A DNA stretch of 24,000 nt from Candidatus Colwellbacteria bacterium. GTDB lineage: Bacteria > Patescibacteriota > Minisyncoccia > UBA6257 > Colwellbacteraceae. Below the pieces are notes generated by a model. That model saw only the letters and a program-made list of their open reading frames with translations. It ran no database searches and was not told where the DNA came from. The stretch is taken from the NCBI GenBank assembly GCA_028718505.1, contig JAQULQ010000007.1, forward strand, positions 6,353-30,352, in the 5' to 3' direction. Below are positions 1 through 7,206 of this stretch, in pieces (within the stretch, counting starts at the first letter, position 1; the number at the start of each line of letters is the position of its first letter). A program made the translations under genes and the position numbers.

Positions 1-750
1 GACTACATTGGAGTTCAACACCGGACCTCTCCTCCGGCAGACCTGCAGGGCAGAGACCTCTATCTGATAGATTTCTCGTATCCCCCCGAGATTACTCAAA
101 CCCTTTTAAAAGAGACGCACTCCCTAGTTGCCATCGACCACCACCTTACCGCTAAGGAGACCGTAGCGAATATCCCCAACCACGTGTACAGCGAAGATCA
201 TTCCGGCTGTGTTCTGGCGTGGCATTATTTTTTCCCCGAAGAGAAGGCGCCTCTCTTCCTTCAGTATGTTGAAGATGGTGACCTATGGAGCTTTGAACTG
301 CCCCGTTCACGGGATTTTTATTCTCTTATGCTCACTCTATCTTTTGACTTCGAAGTTTGGGACAGAATAATAAATGACTTCGAAAATAATGACAAAAGAA
401 GGGGGCATCTCGATTACGGCGCTCATATTAAGCAGTATCAGGAGAACATCATTGAGGAACAGTTAAGTCAGGCTCAGGAAGTAATTTTAGAGAACCATTC
501 CGCTTTGGTGGTCAATTCTTCTATTCTTGAATCGCAGATCGGTAATGTCATTGTCGGTAGAGGTTATGATATTGGTATTATTTGGCGCTATCTGGCGGAG
601 GGAGATATAAAAGTTTCTCTGCGTTCCCAAAAAAACGGAGGCGCGGATGTTCGTAAAATAGCTGAAAAGTATGGCGGGGGTGGACACGCATCCGCTGCCG
701 GTTTTATTCTGGAATCAGGTACAGCTTTGCCATGGCAGCCGAAAAGTTAA
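1..750 (+). CDS. DHH/DHHA1-family phosphoesterase (NrnA/RecJ-like), 5'-truncated by window edge
   Basis: Frame 1 is open from nt 1. It translates VAIDHH (DHH motif, nt 127-144) and a C-terminal GGGGHASAAGF (DHHA1 motif). The ORF-track start at 184 is internal. Confidence 0.85.
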   Translation, partial: DYIGVQHRTSPPADLQGRDLYLIDFSYPPEITQTLLKETHSLVAIDHHLTAKETVANIPNHVYSEDHSGCVLAWHYFFPEEKAPLFLQYVEDGDLWSFELPRSRDFYSLMLTLSFDFEVWDRIINDFENNDKRRGHLDYGAHIKQYQENIIEEQLSQAQEVILENHSALVVNSSILESQIGNVIVGRGYDIGIIWRYLAEGDIKVSLRSQKNGGADVRKIAEKYGGGGHASAAGFILESGTALPWQPKS

Positions 751-1145
751 TTATTTATACGGACGGAGGGTCGAGGGGTAATCCGGGACCAGCCGCTATC
801 GGCGCTGTTGTTGGCAATAAGGAGTATTCTCAAGCCATCGGTAATACCACCAACAATATTGCTGAATACAGTGCTGTTATCTTTGCCTTGAAAAAAGCTA
901 AACAGCTCCTGACGAAAAATAAGGCTAGGAAAACGCATATTGAACTCTATACCGACAGTGAGCTGCTGGTGAATCAGTTGAACGCCAAATATAAGATCAA
1001 AGACACCGATCTAGTTCCGCTTTTTATAGAAGCCTGGAATCTCAAACAAGATTTTGCTTCGGTTAAATTCATACACGTGTTAAGAGAGAAAAATAAGCTG
1101 ACGGACCGATTAGTCAACCGGGCTTTAGATACTTTGGGTATCTAG
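732..1145 (+). CDS. rnhA: Ribonuclease HI
   Basis: 137 aa with IYTDGGSRGNPGPAAIG, NNIAEY and YTDSELLVNQL, the RNase H catalytic D/E/D context. Overlaps the upstream gene by 19 nt. Confidence 0.85.
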   Translation: MAAEKLIIYTDGGSRGNPGPAAIGAVVGNKEYSQAIGNTTNNIAEYSAVIFALKKAKQLLTKNKARKTHIELYTDSELLVNQLNAKYKIKDTDLVPLFIEAWNLKQDFASVKFIHVLREKNKLTDRLVNRALDTLGI

Positions 1146-1182
1146 ATTGATAAAATCAGTTTTTTGTGGTATAAACTCTCTC

Positions 1183-1595
1183 GGAGGTAATTCAGGCAGC
1201 AGCTCTGCGAGCCCCCGTTAAGCAGAATACTGGAATGTTCTTCACATTGGGGAACTTGCGGAGAGGAAAGTCCGGACACTCAGCCGCCATAAAGTGACGG
1301 CAGGGTAGCGGGTAACACCCGTCGCGCGTAAGCGTAGAGGTGCGAACAGTGACGGTCTGATCTGAAAAGATCAGGCGGACCCGATCCCAACGTAGATGGT
1401 CTAACCCGGTTATAGGGAGAAAAATGCCGGGGTGAAACGGTTAAATCCTTACCAGAGTGCAAGGCCGAGCCGTGAACTGTGCTTATGCTCTAGTTCATGG
1501 AGCGCCGCTTGAGCCTGAGAGTAATCGATGGCCTAGATAGATTGCTGCGCTCCGACCTATGTCGGAGAACAGAATCCGGCTTATGGATTGCCTCC
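1183..1595 (+). ncRNA. rnpB: RNase P RNA, bacterial type A
   Basis: GAGGAAAGTCCGG at 1263-1275, GGGTGAAACGGT at 1431-1442 and ACAGAATCCGGCTTA at 1569-1583. P1 pairs GGAGGTAATTC (1183) with GGATTGCCTCC (ends 1595). The small minus-strand ORF at 1280-1462 is spurious. Confidence 0.9.
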
Positions 1596-1598
1596 AAA

Positions 1599-1628
1599 GA
1601 AAAAAACCGCCAGTTGGCGGTTTTTTTC
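1599..1628 (+). terminator. Intrinsic terminator after rnpB
   Basis: CCGCC-AGTT-GGCGG hairpin (1607-1620), extended by A/T pairs and followed by a T-run to 1627. Confidence 0.8.
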
Positions 1629-1679
1629 TATTCGCTATCCACTATTAACTATCCGCTACAAACTATAAACTAATAAAGT

Positions 1680-2432
1680 ATGTCCCAATACTACAATTCC
1701 AGGAGAACAAAGGGTATGTACGAAGTAGACAGCCCAGAGCCTTTTAAATTAAGCCGCTCAAAGGTTGATCTTTTTTTAGAATGTCCTAGGTGTTTTTATC
1801 TGGACAGGCGTTTGGGTGTGAGCCGGCCTCCAGGCTTTCCTTTCAGCTTGAATTCAGCGGTTGATGCGCTTCTTAAAAAAGAATTTGACATTCATCGTGC
1901 CCAGAAGTCAGCCCACCCCCTGATGAAACAGTACGGAATAAATGCCGTCCCATTTGAGCATAAAGATATAAATAAGTGGCGGGACACATTTGTGGGTGTT
2001 CAATATCTGCACGAACCTACTAATTTCTTATTAACTGGTGCCATCGATGATGTCTGGGTTGATCCCAAAGGTCGATTATCCATTGTGGACTACAAGGCTA
2101 CTGCTAAAGACAGTGAGGTCAATCTCGACGCCGATTGGCAAATCGGCTATAAACGGCAAATGGAGTTCTATCAATGGCTTATGAGACAAAACGGTTTCGA
2201 CGTTTCTGCAACGGGTTATTTTGTCTACGCCAATGGCCGGACAGATAAGGAGGCCTTCGATGGAAGGCTCGAATTTAACGTCAAGGTGATTCCTTATGAA
2301 GGCGACTCTTCCTGGATAGAGCCTACTTTGAGAAAGATAAAAGAAGCCTTGGGGTCAAATAAGGTCCCTAAAGCGGATCCCGATTGCGATTACTGTCTTT
2401 ATAGGGATGCCGTTAAGGATGTATATAAATAA
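1680..2432 (+). CDS. PD-(D/E)XK nuclease, Cas4/RecB-like, with four Cys
   Basis: DDVWVD...IVDYKAT (D...D/ExK) and QMEFYQWL (QxxxY). N-terminal CPRC and C-terminal CDYC pairs suggest a metal or Fe-S site. Confidence 0.7.
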   Translation: MSQYYNSRRTKGMYEVDSPEPFKLSRSKVDLFLECPRCFYLDRRLGVSRPPGFPFSLNSAVDALLKKEFDIHRAQKSAHPLMKQYGINAVPFEHKDINKWRDTFVGVQYLHEPTNFLLTGAIDDVWVDPKGRLSIVDYKATAKDSEVNLDADWQIGYKRQMEFYQWLMRQNGFDVSATGYFVYANGRTDKEAFDGRLEFNVKVIPYEGDSSWIEPTLRKIKEALGSNKVPKADPDCDYCLYRDAVKDVYK

Positions 2433-2435
2433 CAT

Positions 2436-2768
2436 ATGAGAACACTTATTCGGTGGGCTGTTCTTACGTTCGTGATCATGGTACTGGCCAATTGGATCCC
2501 GAACGTAACGGTTGAGAATTGGAAAGCAGCCGTGATAGCCGCTTTAGTGCTAGGGCTGATTAATACTTTGCTCAAGCCAGTTATTACTTTCATTGCCTTT
2601 CCAATTAATTTGCTGACCTTCGGACTTTTCAGCGTCGTGATCAACGCCTGGCTGGTTTTGCTGGCCTCTGATATGGTGGCCGGTTTCGGGGTAGAGGGAT
2701 TCTGGACGGCCGTTCTATTCAGTCTGGCTTTCTCTATCGCTTCTTCACTTATTTCCTGGATTTTATAG
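2436..2768 (+). CDS. DUF360 / phage-holin-4-like small membrane protein
   Basis: 110 aa with 3-4 predicted TM helices. N-terminal RWAVLTFVIMVLANWIP...LINTLLKPV resembles the YvlD/DUF360 family. Starts 4 nt after the upstream stop. Confidence 0.65.
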   Translation: MRTLIRWAVLTFVIMVLANWIPNVTVENWKAAVIAALVLGLINTLLKPVITFIAFPINLLTFGLFSVVINAWLVLLASDMVAGFGVEGFWTAVLFSLAFSIASSLISWIL

Positions 2769-2806
2769 CCCCTTATTCCGTCAAAAAAGCCGTTTTTAGG
2801 CGAATC

Positions 2807-2836
2807 TTGACAAGGGACGGGGTGGTATTTTACAAT
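2807..2836 (+). promoter_or_regulatory. Candidate sigma70 promoter TTGACA-N18-TACAAT
   Basis: TTGACA at 2807-2812 and TACAAT at 2831-2836. It lies in the spacer between the DUF360 gene and a strong terminator. Confidence 0.4.
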
Positions 2837-2842
2837 ACAAAG

Positions 2843-2910
2843 GTCTTCTGGAGGATCCGTCTTCCGGCAGACACCTAAGAAACGCCCCCGCCAGGGGGTG
2901 TTTCTTTTTT
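2843..2910 (+). ncRNA. Candidate ~68-nt small RNA (promoter to terminator unit)
   Basis: Runs from the predicted TSS just after TACAAT. Contains a GGAGGA-UCCG-UCUUCC hairpin (about 2849-2874) and then the 2877-2910 terminator. No ORF. Confidence 0.3.
2877..2910 (+). terminator. Strong intrinsic terminator
   Basis: 14-bp stem AAGAAACGCCCCC / GGGGGTGTTTCTT with a GCCA loop, followed by a T-run at 2905-2910. Confidence 0.85.
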
Positions 2911-2937
2911 GACGGTATTTTACAAACGTGGTAGTTT
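2909..2937 (+). promoter_or_regulatory. Promoter TTGACG-N17-TAGTTT for the pgsA-like gene
   Basis: TTGACG at 2909-2914 overlaps the terminator T-run. TAGTTT at 2932-2937. Confidence 0.5.
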
Positions 2938-2986
2938 CCGACTAGGTCTTTAAGAGCAAGCTTATCCTCACGAAAGGGGATTGAAT

Positions 2987-3571
2987 ATGAAGTGGTATAT
3001 TCCGTCCGCGTTCAGTTTTTCGAGGCTCATTCTCACCCCAGTAGTGATGTGGCTCATCTTGACCGCCAGATGGAAGTGGGCAGCGCTTGTCTTTGTGGCG
3101 GCCGCTATCACTGACGGTTTGGATGGAGCTTCTGCCCGGCTCTTCGGGGTTATGTCCAAATTCGGCCTCTATCTGGACACGACCGCTGACAAAGTGCTCA
3201 TTTCGTGCACTCTGTTGGCTTTGGCTTTCTCTCAGCGCATTTCGACCTGGGCAGTTTGGGCGGTGGCCGTCATCCTGGCTCGAGAGATTCTCGTCTTGGG
3301 ATTGAAGGCCCAGATTGCTGTTGGGCGGACAGTCCAGCCCTCTTGGTCGGGTAAGATCAAGATGGGCATTGAATGCGTAGCCATTACCTTTGTCATCCTT
3401 CATCCATGGGAATCTGGATGGTTCAGTCTTCCCTGGAGCGACTGGATGCTCGTCGGAGCGGCCCTGGCTGGCCTTCAGTCCGGTACCGGTTATCTCCTGC
3501 GGTATCGACACAGGATTATCGGTCCGGCTGAGGAGGCTTATGCCAGCGAGGAACACCGCTGGGCTGCGTAA
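2987..3571 (+). CDS. pgsA: CDP-alcohol phosphatidyltransferase (PgsA-like)
   Basis: DGLDGASARLFGVMSKFGLYLDTTADKV matches DGxxARx8Gx3Dx3D. Multi-TM and GC-rich, with the SD-like GAAAGGGG upstream of the ATG at 2987. The ORF-track TTG at 2981 is also possible. Confidence 0.85.
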   Translation: MKWYIPSAFSFSRLILTPVVMWLILTARWKWAALVFVAAAITDGLDGASARLFGVMSKFGLYLDTTADKVLISCTLLALAFSQRISTWAVWAVAVILAREILVLGLKAQIAVGRTVQPSWSGKIKMGIECVAITFVILHPWESGWFSLPWSDWMLVGAALAGLQSGTGYLLRYRHRIIGPAEEAYASEEHRWAA

Positions 3572-3585
3572 AGAAGCGAGGCGGA

Positions 3586-3624
3586 GGAGGGGGTTGGTTC
3601 ATCCAGCCCCCTCCGAGATTTTTG
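3586..3624 (+). terminator. Intrinsic terminator after the pgsA-like gene
   Basis: GGAGGGGG (3586-3593) pairs with CCCCCTCC (3607-3614), followed by GAGATTTTT. Confidence 0.6.
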
Positions 3625-3642
3625 TATGTATAATAAAACTAT

Positions 3643-3716
3643 TGCCGGATCGTCTAATGGCAGGACGCCGCGCTCTGGACGCGGTAATCTAGGTTCGAGC
3701 CCTAGTCCGGCAGCCA
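3643..3716 (+). tRNA. tRNA-Gln (anticodon CUG), CCA encoded
   Basis: Acceptor TGCCGGA/TCCGGCA with the U1-A72 pair typical of bacterial tRNA-Gln. Anticodon arm is CCGCG-CTCTGGA-CGCGG with CTG at 3675-3677. T arm is CTAGG-TTCGAGC-CCTAG, followed by discriminator G and CCA. TGTATAAT lies upstream at 3627-3634. Confidence 0.9.
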
Positions 3717-3735
3717 TCTCGTGCTAGCACGAGAT
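3700..3735 (+). repeat. Junction repeat J0: tRNA 3' end + CCATCT hinge + element B
   Basis: AGTCCGGCAGCCATCTCGTGCTAGCACGAGAT. Positions 3716-3735 form a perfect 20-nt palindrome. Confidence 0.7.
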
Positions 3736-3781
3736 CTATAGCCGTCTCGGGCGCACTGAGAGAGGGGTGTAGAATTAACGT

Positions 3782-4447
3782 ATGGACTTCAAAGAAGAAC
3801 TATGGGGAGAGATTCGACCCACCGGCAGATCGGCGGAGGAGTGCTTTGAGGATCTTGGAATATCACTCGAGTTCTTGAAGGGGAAGAAAATCCTTGATAT
3901 CGGATCTGGACTGAACCAGTTTGCCCAAGATCTTAAACAAGAGCACCTTGATCTTACGTCCATCGATATGTTCTATGCGCTAACACCGGAAGAACGGAAA
4001 AAAGTATTCAGTGAGTTGTCTCCGGAGAATTTTGAAACAGTAAAGACAAGTCTTGATAGGATGGCGATTAAGGACAAAGACTCTCATCTCGTTGGAGGAC
4101 GAGCTGAGTCCCTGCCATTTTTAGATGAGACGTTTGACGTCGTGCTCGCAGAGTATTCTATGCCGCACTACGCAGAAAATCGCGAAAGCATGCGAGATTT
4201 CTTTTTTGAAGTTGCTCGCGTTCTAAAGCCAGGAGGAGAGGCTCATATATACCCCATGCGGATTAGGCCGGGACGAAACGTAACAAGAAAGGATGCAGAA
4301 GAGGTCCTTTCAAACTTACGAAATTTGGGATTCTCTGTTGAGGTGTCCGGCAAAGAACTAGGAGATGATCCGCCAGATACAAGGCCACTGCTGTTGGTTC
4401 TTGGAAAACCTCAAATACCCCCAGACCGGGGGGGTCAGCCATCTTGA
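3782..4447 (+). CDS. Class I SAM-dependent methyltransferase
   Basis: ILDIGSGLNQFA (motif I) and VLKPGGEAHIY. TAGAAT lies 6 nt upstream of the ATG. The last 9 codons are encoded by junction element A. Confidence 0.8.
   Translation: MDFKEELWGEIRPTGRSAEECFEDLGISLEFLKGKKILDIGSGLNQFAQDLKQEHLDLTSIDMFYALTPEERKKVFSELSPENFETVKTSLDRMAIKDKDSHLVGGRAESLPFLDETFDVVLAEYSMPHYAENRESMRDFFFEVARVLKPGGEAHIYPMRIRPGRNVTRKDAEEVLSNLRNLGFSVEVSGKELGDDPPDTRPLLLVLGKPQIPPDRGGQPS
4421..4444 (+). repeat. Junction repeat J1: element A + CCATCT hinge (no B)
   Basis: CCAGACCGGGGGGGTCAGCCATCT. Confidence 0.75.
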
Positions 4448-4521
4448 GAAAAATTCGGATGTCCGAAGAGGATTCGAGTCCCGTTGGACACCCATAACAA
4501 ACAGCTTGGTATAATGAAAGT

Positions 4522-5250
4522 ATGAACAAATACTTAGTCGTCGCTTTGGTAGTCATAGTGTTTGGGGCAGTCGGTGTTTTGAGCTACAGATTTTTTCTTT
4601 CTGGTCCCGAAGATACCTGGCTCTGTGAAAATGGAGAATGGATCAAACACGGCAATCCTTCTGCTTCAATGCCGGAGGAGGAGTGCGAAGAAGAGGGAGT
4701 TCGGAATGATGAAGCGGTAAACACTTGGCCTATCTACACTAATGAGTCTTTCGGCATAACATTTGTTTACCCAGAGGGGGCAGAAGTTGTACCTCCTAAC
4801 GGAGAAAGCAACGAGTTTTTTATTCTCTATCCAAAGGATTTAGAGGACCCCGCCATAGTACTGGCAGAGATTAATCCACTAATAATAGGACAAAACATGT
4901 ATGTTTATGATGGGAGCGGCGATGCCAGTGCATTAAGCAAGGCATTCTCGGAAGGGGGCATTAGGGGTGTCGCTAATACGTCGAGAGAGACAAATCTAGG
5001 AGATTACAATCCGAACATCGAGAATGACTTTGTCGGGGCGTTACGGGAATTCAATATTTCGTCCGGAGAAGCATGGGGTTTTGAGGTAGGTGGAGACTTT
5101 ACTTACGGGTTTGTCAGCACTGCCGACGGCACGATAATCGAGACGCGTAGTTACGTAGTTTTTGTGTCTAATGGACAAAGCGTATTCAGAGTGATTGTCC
5201 CGAAGGATAGTCTCGAATCTCTACAAATCCTCGAAAGCCTTGTCGTTTAG
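4522..5250 (+). CDS. Hypothetical secreted/membrane-anchored protein
   Basis: 242 aa with an N-terminal hydrophobic anchor (LVVALVVIVFGAVGVL). TGGTATAAT lies 6 nt upstream of the ATG. No recognisable domain. Confidence 0.6.
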   Translation: MNKYLVVALVVIVFGAVGVLSYRFFLSGPEDTWLCENGEWIKHGNPSASMPEEECEEEGVRNDEAVNTWPIYTNESFGITFVYPEGAEVVPPNGESNEFFILYPKDLEDPAIVLAEINPLIIGQNMYVYDGSGDASALSKAFSEGGIRGVANTSRETNLGDYNPNIENDFVGALREFNISSGEAWGFEVGGDFTYGFVSTADGTIIETRSYVVFVSNGQSVFRVIVPKDSLESLQILESLVV

Positions 5251-5271
5251 TGAGTCTCACTATAGGGGGTA

Positions 5272-5322
5272 CCAGACCGGAGGGGTCAGCCAAGGTTGGA
5301 AGTATCGAGTGACCGAGACGGG
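5272..5322 (+). repeat. Junction repeat J2: A + CCAAGG hinge + B variant
   Basis: CCAGACCGGAGGGGTCAGCCAAGG ... GTGACCGAGACGGG (5309-5322). Confidence 0.75.
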
Positions 5323-5342
5323 TATCAAGGTATACTAAAACT

Positions 5343-5693
5343 ATGAAGTCAGCGCAATCAATCGAAGATTTCTATGTTGGACGTGGTTATCGTGGGGAGA
5401 GACTGAGAAAGGCTCTGGAAGCCGACAGGGAATACCAAGAAGTTCTGAAACGCAAAAGAAGTACATTAACTAAGCGAGTAAATGCGACTAGCGCAGAACA
5501 GCAACGCTATGTCCTCTCAATAGATCCCGATTTCACGATACTGGACCGATGCAAAAAGTTAGAAAAACAAAAGCTATCTTTAAGTGATCAGCAGCTAGTC
5601 CATTTAATTAAATCGCAATTAAAACAGGACTGGAGAAAGCCGCTTAACTCGATGTTAAGAAAGTTGGAGACAAAATACCGTATCGAGAGATAG
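5343..5693 (+). CDS. Hypothetical basic protein (116 aa)
   Basis: Clean ORF with TATACT 6 nt upstream of the ATG. No recognisable motif. Confidence 0.5.
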   Translation: MKSAQSIEDFYVGRGYRGERLRKALEADREYQEVLKRKRSTLTKRVNATSAEQQRYVLSIDPDFTILDRCKKLEKQKLSLSDQQLVHLIKSQLKQDWRKPLNSMLRKLETKYRIER

Positions 5694-5703
5694 TATCGGG
5701 GTA

Positions 5704-5723
5704 TCAGACCGCAGTGGCCATAT
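5704..5723 (+). repeat. Junction repeat J3: degenerate A + CCATAT hinge
   Basis: TCAGACCGCAGTGGCCATAT. A GC-rich module follows immediately. Confidence 0.5.
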
Positions 5724-5730
5724 AGATATT

Positions 5731-5769
5731 TAAAAATGACACGACCCCGCCTCCAATTGGGGTCGTGTC
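5731..5769 (-). terminator. Intrinsic terminator of the minus-strand GC-rich membrane gene
   Basis: GACACGACCCC (5738-5748) pairs with GGGGTCGTGTC (5759-5769). The A-run at 5732-5736 reads as a U-run on the minus strand. Confidence 0.8.
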
Positions 5770-5795
5770 TAATGTACGGCTCCGTGGAACGGGGT

Positions 5796-6182
5796 CTAGT
5801 GAACTAATCGCCCGAGGGTCTTTGCGTCATCTTCCACGATGAGCAGGTAGGGCAGAAGTATGAACGAAGCTCCTGCCAGGGCAGCAACCGCTCTGGCAAG
5901 CCAGATGGCCCACCCCTGCCACCAGTTGGTCCAGAGGCTGATCGCCGCGAGCGTGACTGCTGCCACAACGAGCGTGGCGAGGCAGGCGCCCAGTACTAGG
6001 CGTAGATGACCCGCTCGCCGCCGGGGAAGGGGTGGAAGGAAGGTGGCGGCAAGAATGATGGTCACCACCAGGAATGTGATCGAAGCGATGATGGTCGACC
6101 TCCACTCGTGATCAGCTGGATGGCGGTAGAACGCGGATGGCAACAGGGCGCCGACAAGCACCAGAAAGGTCACGAACAACAT
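5796..6182 (-). CDS. Hypothetical 4-TM membrane protein (GC-rich orphan a)
   Basis: ATG at 6182 preceded by GAGAGGGG. The frame stays open up to 6335, but that stretch is the promoter and leader hairpin. Start is uncertain. Confidence 0.55.
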   Translation of the reverse strand: MLFVTFLVLVGALLPSAFYRHPADHEWRSTIIASITFLVVTIILAATFLPPLPRRRAGHLRLVLGACLATLVVAAVTLAAISLWTNWWQGWAIWLARAVAALAGASFILLPYLLIVEDDAKTLGRLVH

Positions 6183-6238
6183 GACCCCTCTCAGCCTCAG
6201 CCGGTTAGAGCTCGAGTGCTCTCGAGTTTTCGTAAGTT

Positions 6239-6354
6239 CTCCTTTGTCGGGGATATCTAAGCTCAATAAGCTATCAAGCCCAGATATCCCCGACACAGGT
6301 ATATAAATATTCAAAGAACACCCTCTATATGCCATAGGGAGGTCATACAGTCAA
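6239..6354 (-). promoter_or_regulatory. Promoter TTGACT-N17-CATATA plus conserved structured leader, copy 1
   Basis: On the minus strand, the -35 box is at 6354-6349 and the -10 box at 6331-6326. A 14-bp perfect hairpin pairs 6245-6258 with 6282-6295, and AAGGAG is at 6244-6239. Homologous to 10564-10674. Confidence 0.65.
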
Positions 6355-6548
6355 TAATCGAACGACTAGATGATCTTTTATAGATCGTCTCATTTATCCG
6401 ATTTTGATCTCCGCCATAGGCGAGACGAGCCTGGCAGGGACCCTTAGTTTCTGTCACTTTTGTCACCTTTTATACGTGCTCGAAGAGGGTCGTTCTGGTA
6501 TCATAAAGCTAGCTTAAATCGCCAAACAAAGCTTGATCATTATTGGTT

Positions 6549-6589
6549 CCAGCTCGGGGAGGTGAATCATCTAGCGTTAGAGCGAGAAG
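6549..6589 (+). repeat. Junction repeat J3b: degenerate A + CATCT hinge + B variant
   Basis: CCAGCTCGGGGAGGTGAATCATCTAGCGTTAGAGCGAGAAG. Confidence 0.55.
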
Positions 6590-6599
6590 CACCATAAAT

Positions 6600-7139
6600 A
6601 TGGAAAACAAAGTTCTAATAGCCGAAATCTCCAATACTGACTTTGATCCCGAATACAAGATGAGGGATCGGGATAAATATGCTATTAGAAGAGCCGCGCG
6701 CGGGATACTCATTAACGATGGTAAAATTGCGCTTCTAAATGTCACCAAATTTAACTATCACAAATTACCGGGTGGCGGTGTAGAAAAAAACGAAACAATT
6801 GAGAAGGCTTTTAAAAGAGAGGTGGTCGAAGAAACGGGTTGTAAATGCGAAGTATTAGATCAACCGGGAATAGTAATGGAATGGCGCGATCAATGGAGTC
6901 TGCTCCAAATTAGTTATGTTTTTCTAGCTAAAGTTGTGGGTGAGATCGGTAAAAGTAAATTTGAACAGGGAGAAATAGATGAGGGCTTTGAGCTAGGGTG
7001 GGTACCCTTTGAGAAAATAGATGAGATTCTCAAAAATGATAGTCCAACAAATTATGAAGGAAAATTCATAACGATCCGAGATAAAGGTATTTACGAATTC
7101 TATAAAGAAAAACTGCGGGGGAACGTGAAGTTAGCATGA
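6600..7139 (+). CDS. NUDIX hydrolase
   Basis: GGGVEKNETIEKAFKREVVEETG matches the Nudix box Gx5Ex7REUxEExGU. The ATG at 6600 is preferred because the ORF-track start at 6543 lies inside the junction repeat. Confidence 0.85.
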   Translation: MENKVLIAEISNTDFDPEYKMRDRDKYAIRRAARGILINDGKIALLNVTKFNYHKLPGGGVEKNETIEKAFKREVVEETGCKCEVLDQPGIVMEWRDQWSLLQISYVFLAKVVGEIGKSKFEQGEIDEGFELGWVPFEKIDEILKNDSPTNYEGKFITIRDKGIYEFYKEKLRGNVKLA

Positions 7140-7140
7140 T

Positions 7141-7197
7141 ACCGGACCGGAGGGGTCAGCACTCCGACTCGCATTGCTCGCTCAGTGCAAGCCAAGT
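7141..7197 (+). repeat. Junction repeat J4: A + 30-nt insert + CCAAGT hinge
   Basis: ACCGGACCGGAGGGGTCAGCACTCCGAC...GTGCAAGCCAAGT. The insert is homologous to the one in J5. Confidence 0.75.
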
Positions 7198-7206
7198 AGG
7201 GCAACT

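Noticed and set aside
2942-3556. Long antisense or overlapping ORFs in the six-frame track: 2942-3556(-), 8681-9034(-), 8829-9344(-), 9702-10340(+), 5827-6105(-), 6006-6260(+), 12612-13052(-), 12830-13210(-), 18458-18880(-), 19617-20036(-), 23323-23910(-) and others.
   Set aside because: They are shadow frames of well-supported genes on the opposite strand or in another frame. Such frames are common in GC-rich or compositionally biased DNA. They have low-complexity Arg/Ser/Pro-rich translations and no start context.
4460-4494. tRNA-like minihelix: TGTCCGA ... GGATTCGAGTCC ... TTGGACA-C-CCA. It has an acceptor-like stem, a T-loop-like TTCGAGT and a CCA end.
   Set aside because: There is no D arm or anticodon arm, and the T stem does not pair (an extra A precedes TTCGAGT). 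It is not a functional tRNA. It may be a decayed tRNA 3' fragment, which would fit the idea of tRNA-targeted insertion, but on its own it is weak.
5256-5267. CTCACTATAGGG, a 12-nt identity to the T7 RNA polymerase promoter core. The surrounding sequence is TAGTGAGTCTCACTATAGGGGGT.
   Set aside because: It is a single copy, the upstream specificity region (-17 to -8) does not match T7, T3 or SP6 promoters, and no phage-type RNA polymerase is present. The other junctions do not conserve this stretch. Most likely chance overlap with the 5' flank of junction element A.
4445-7139. Possible UGA recoding (alternative genetic code). TGA is rare as a stop, used only at 4447, 7139 and 21990 among the AT-rich genes.
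   Set aside because: All recognisable domains are intact and of normal length under the standard code, with no in-frame TGA inside conserved genes such as copA. Reading through the three TGA stops only adds junction-repeat sequence.
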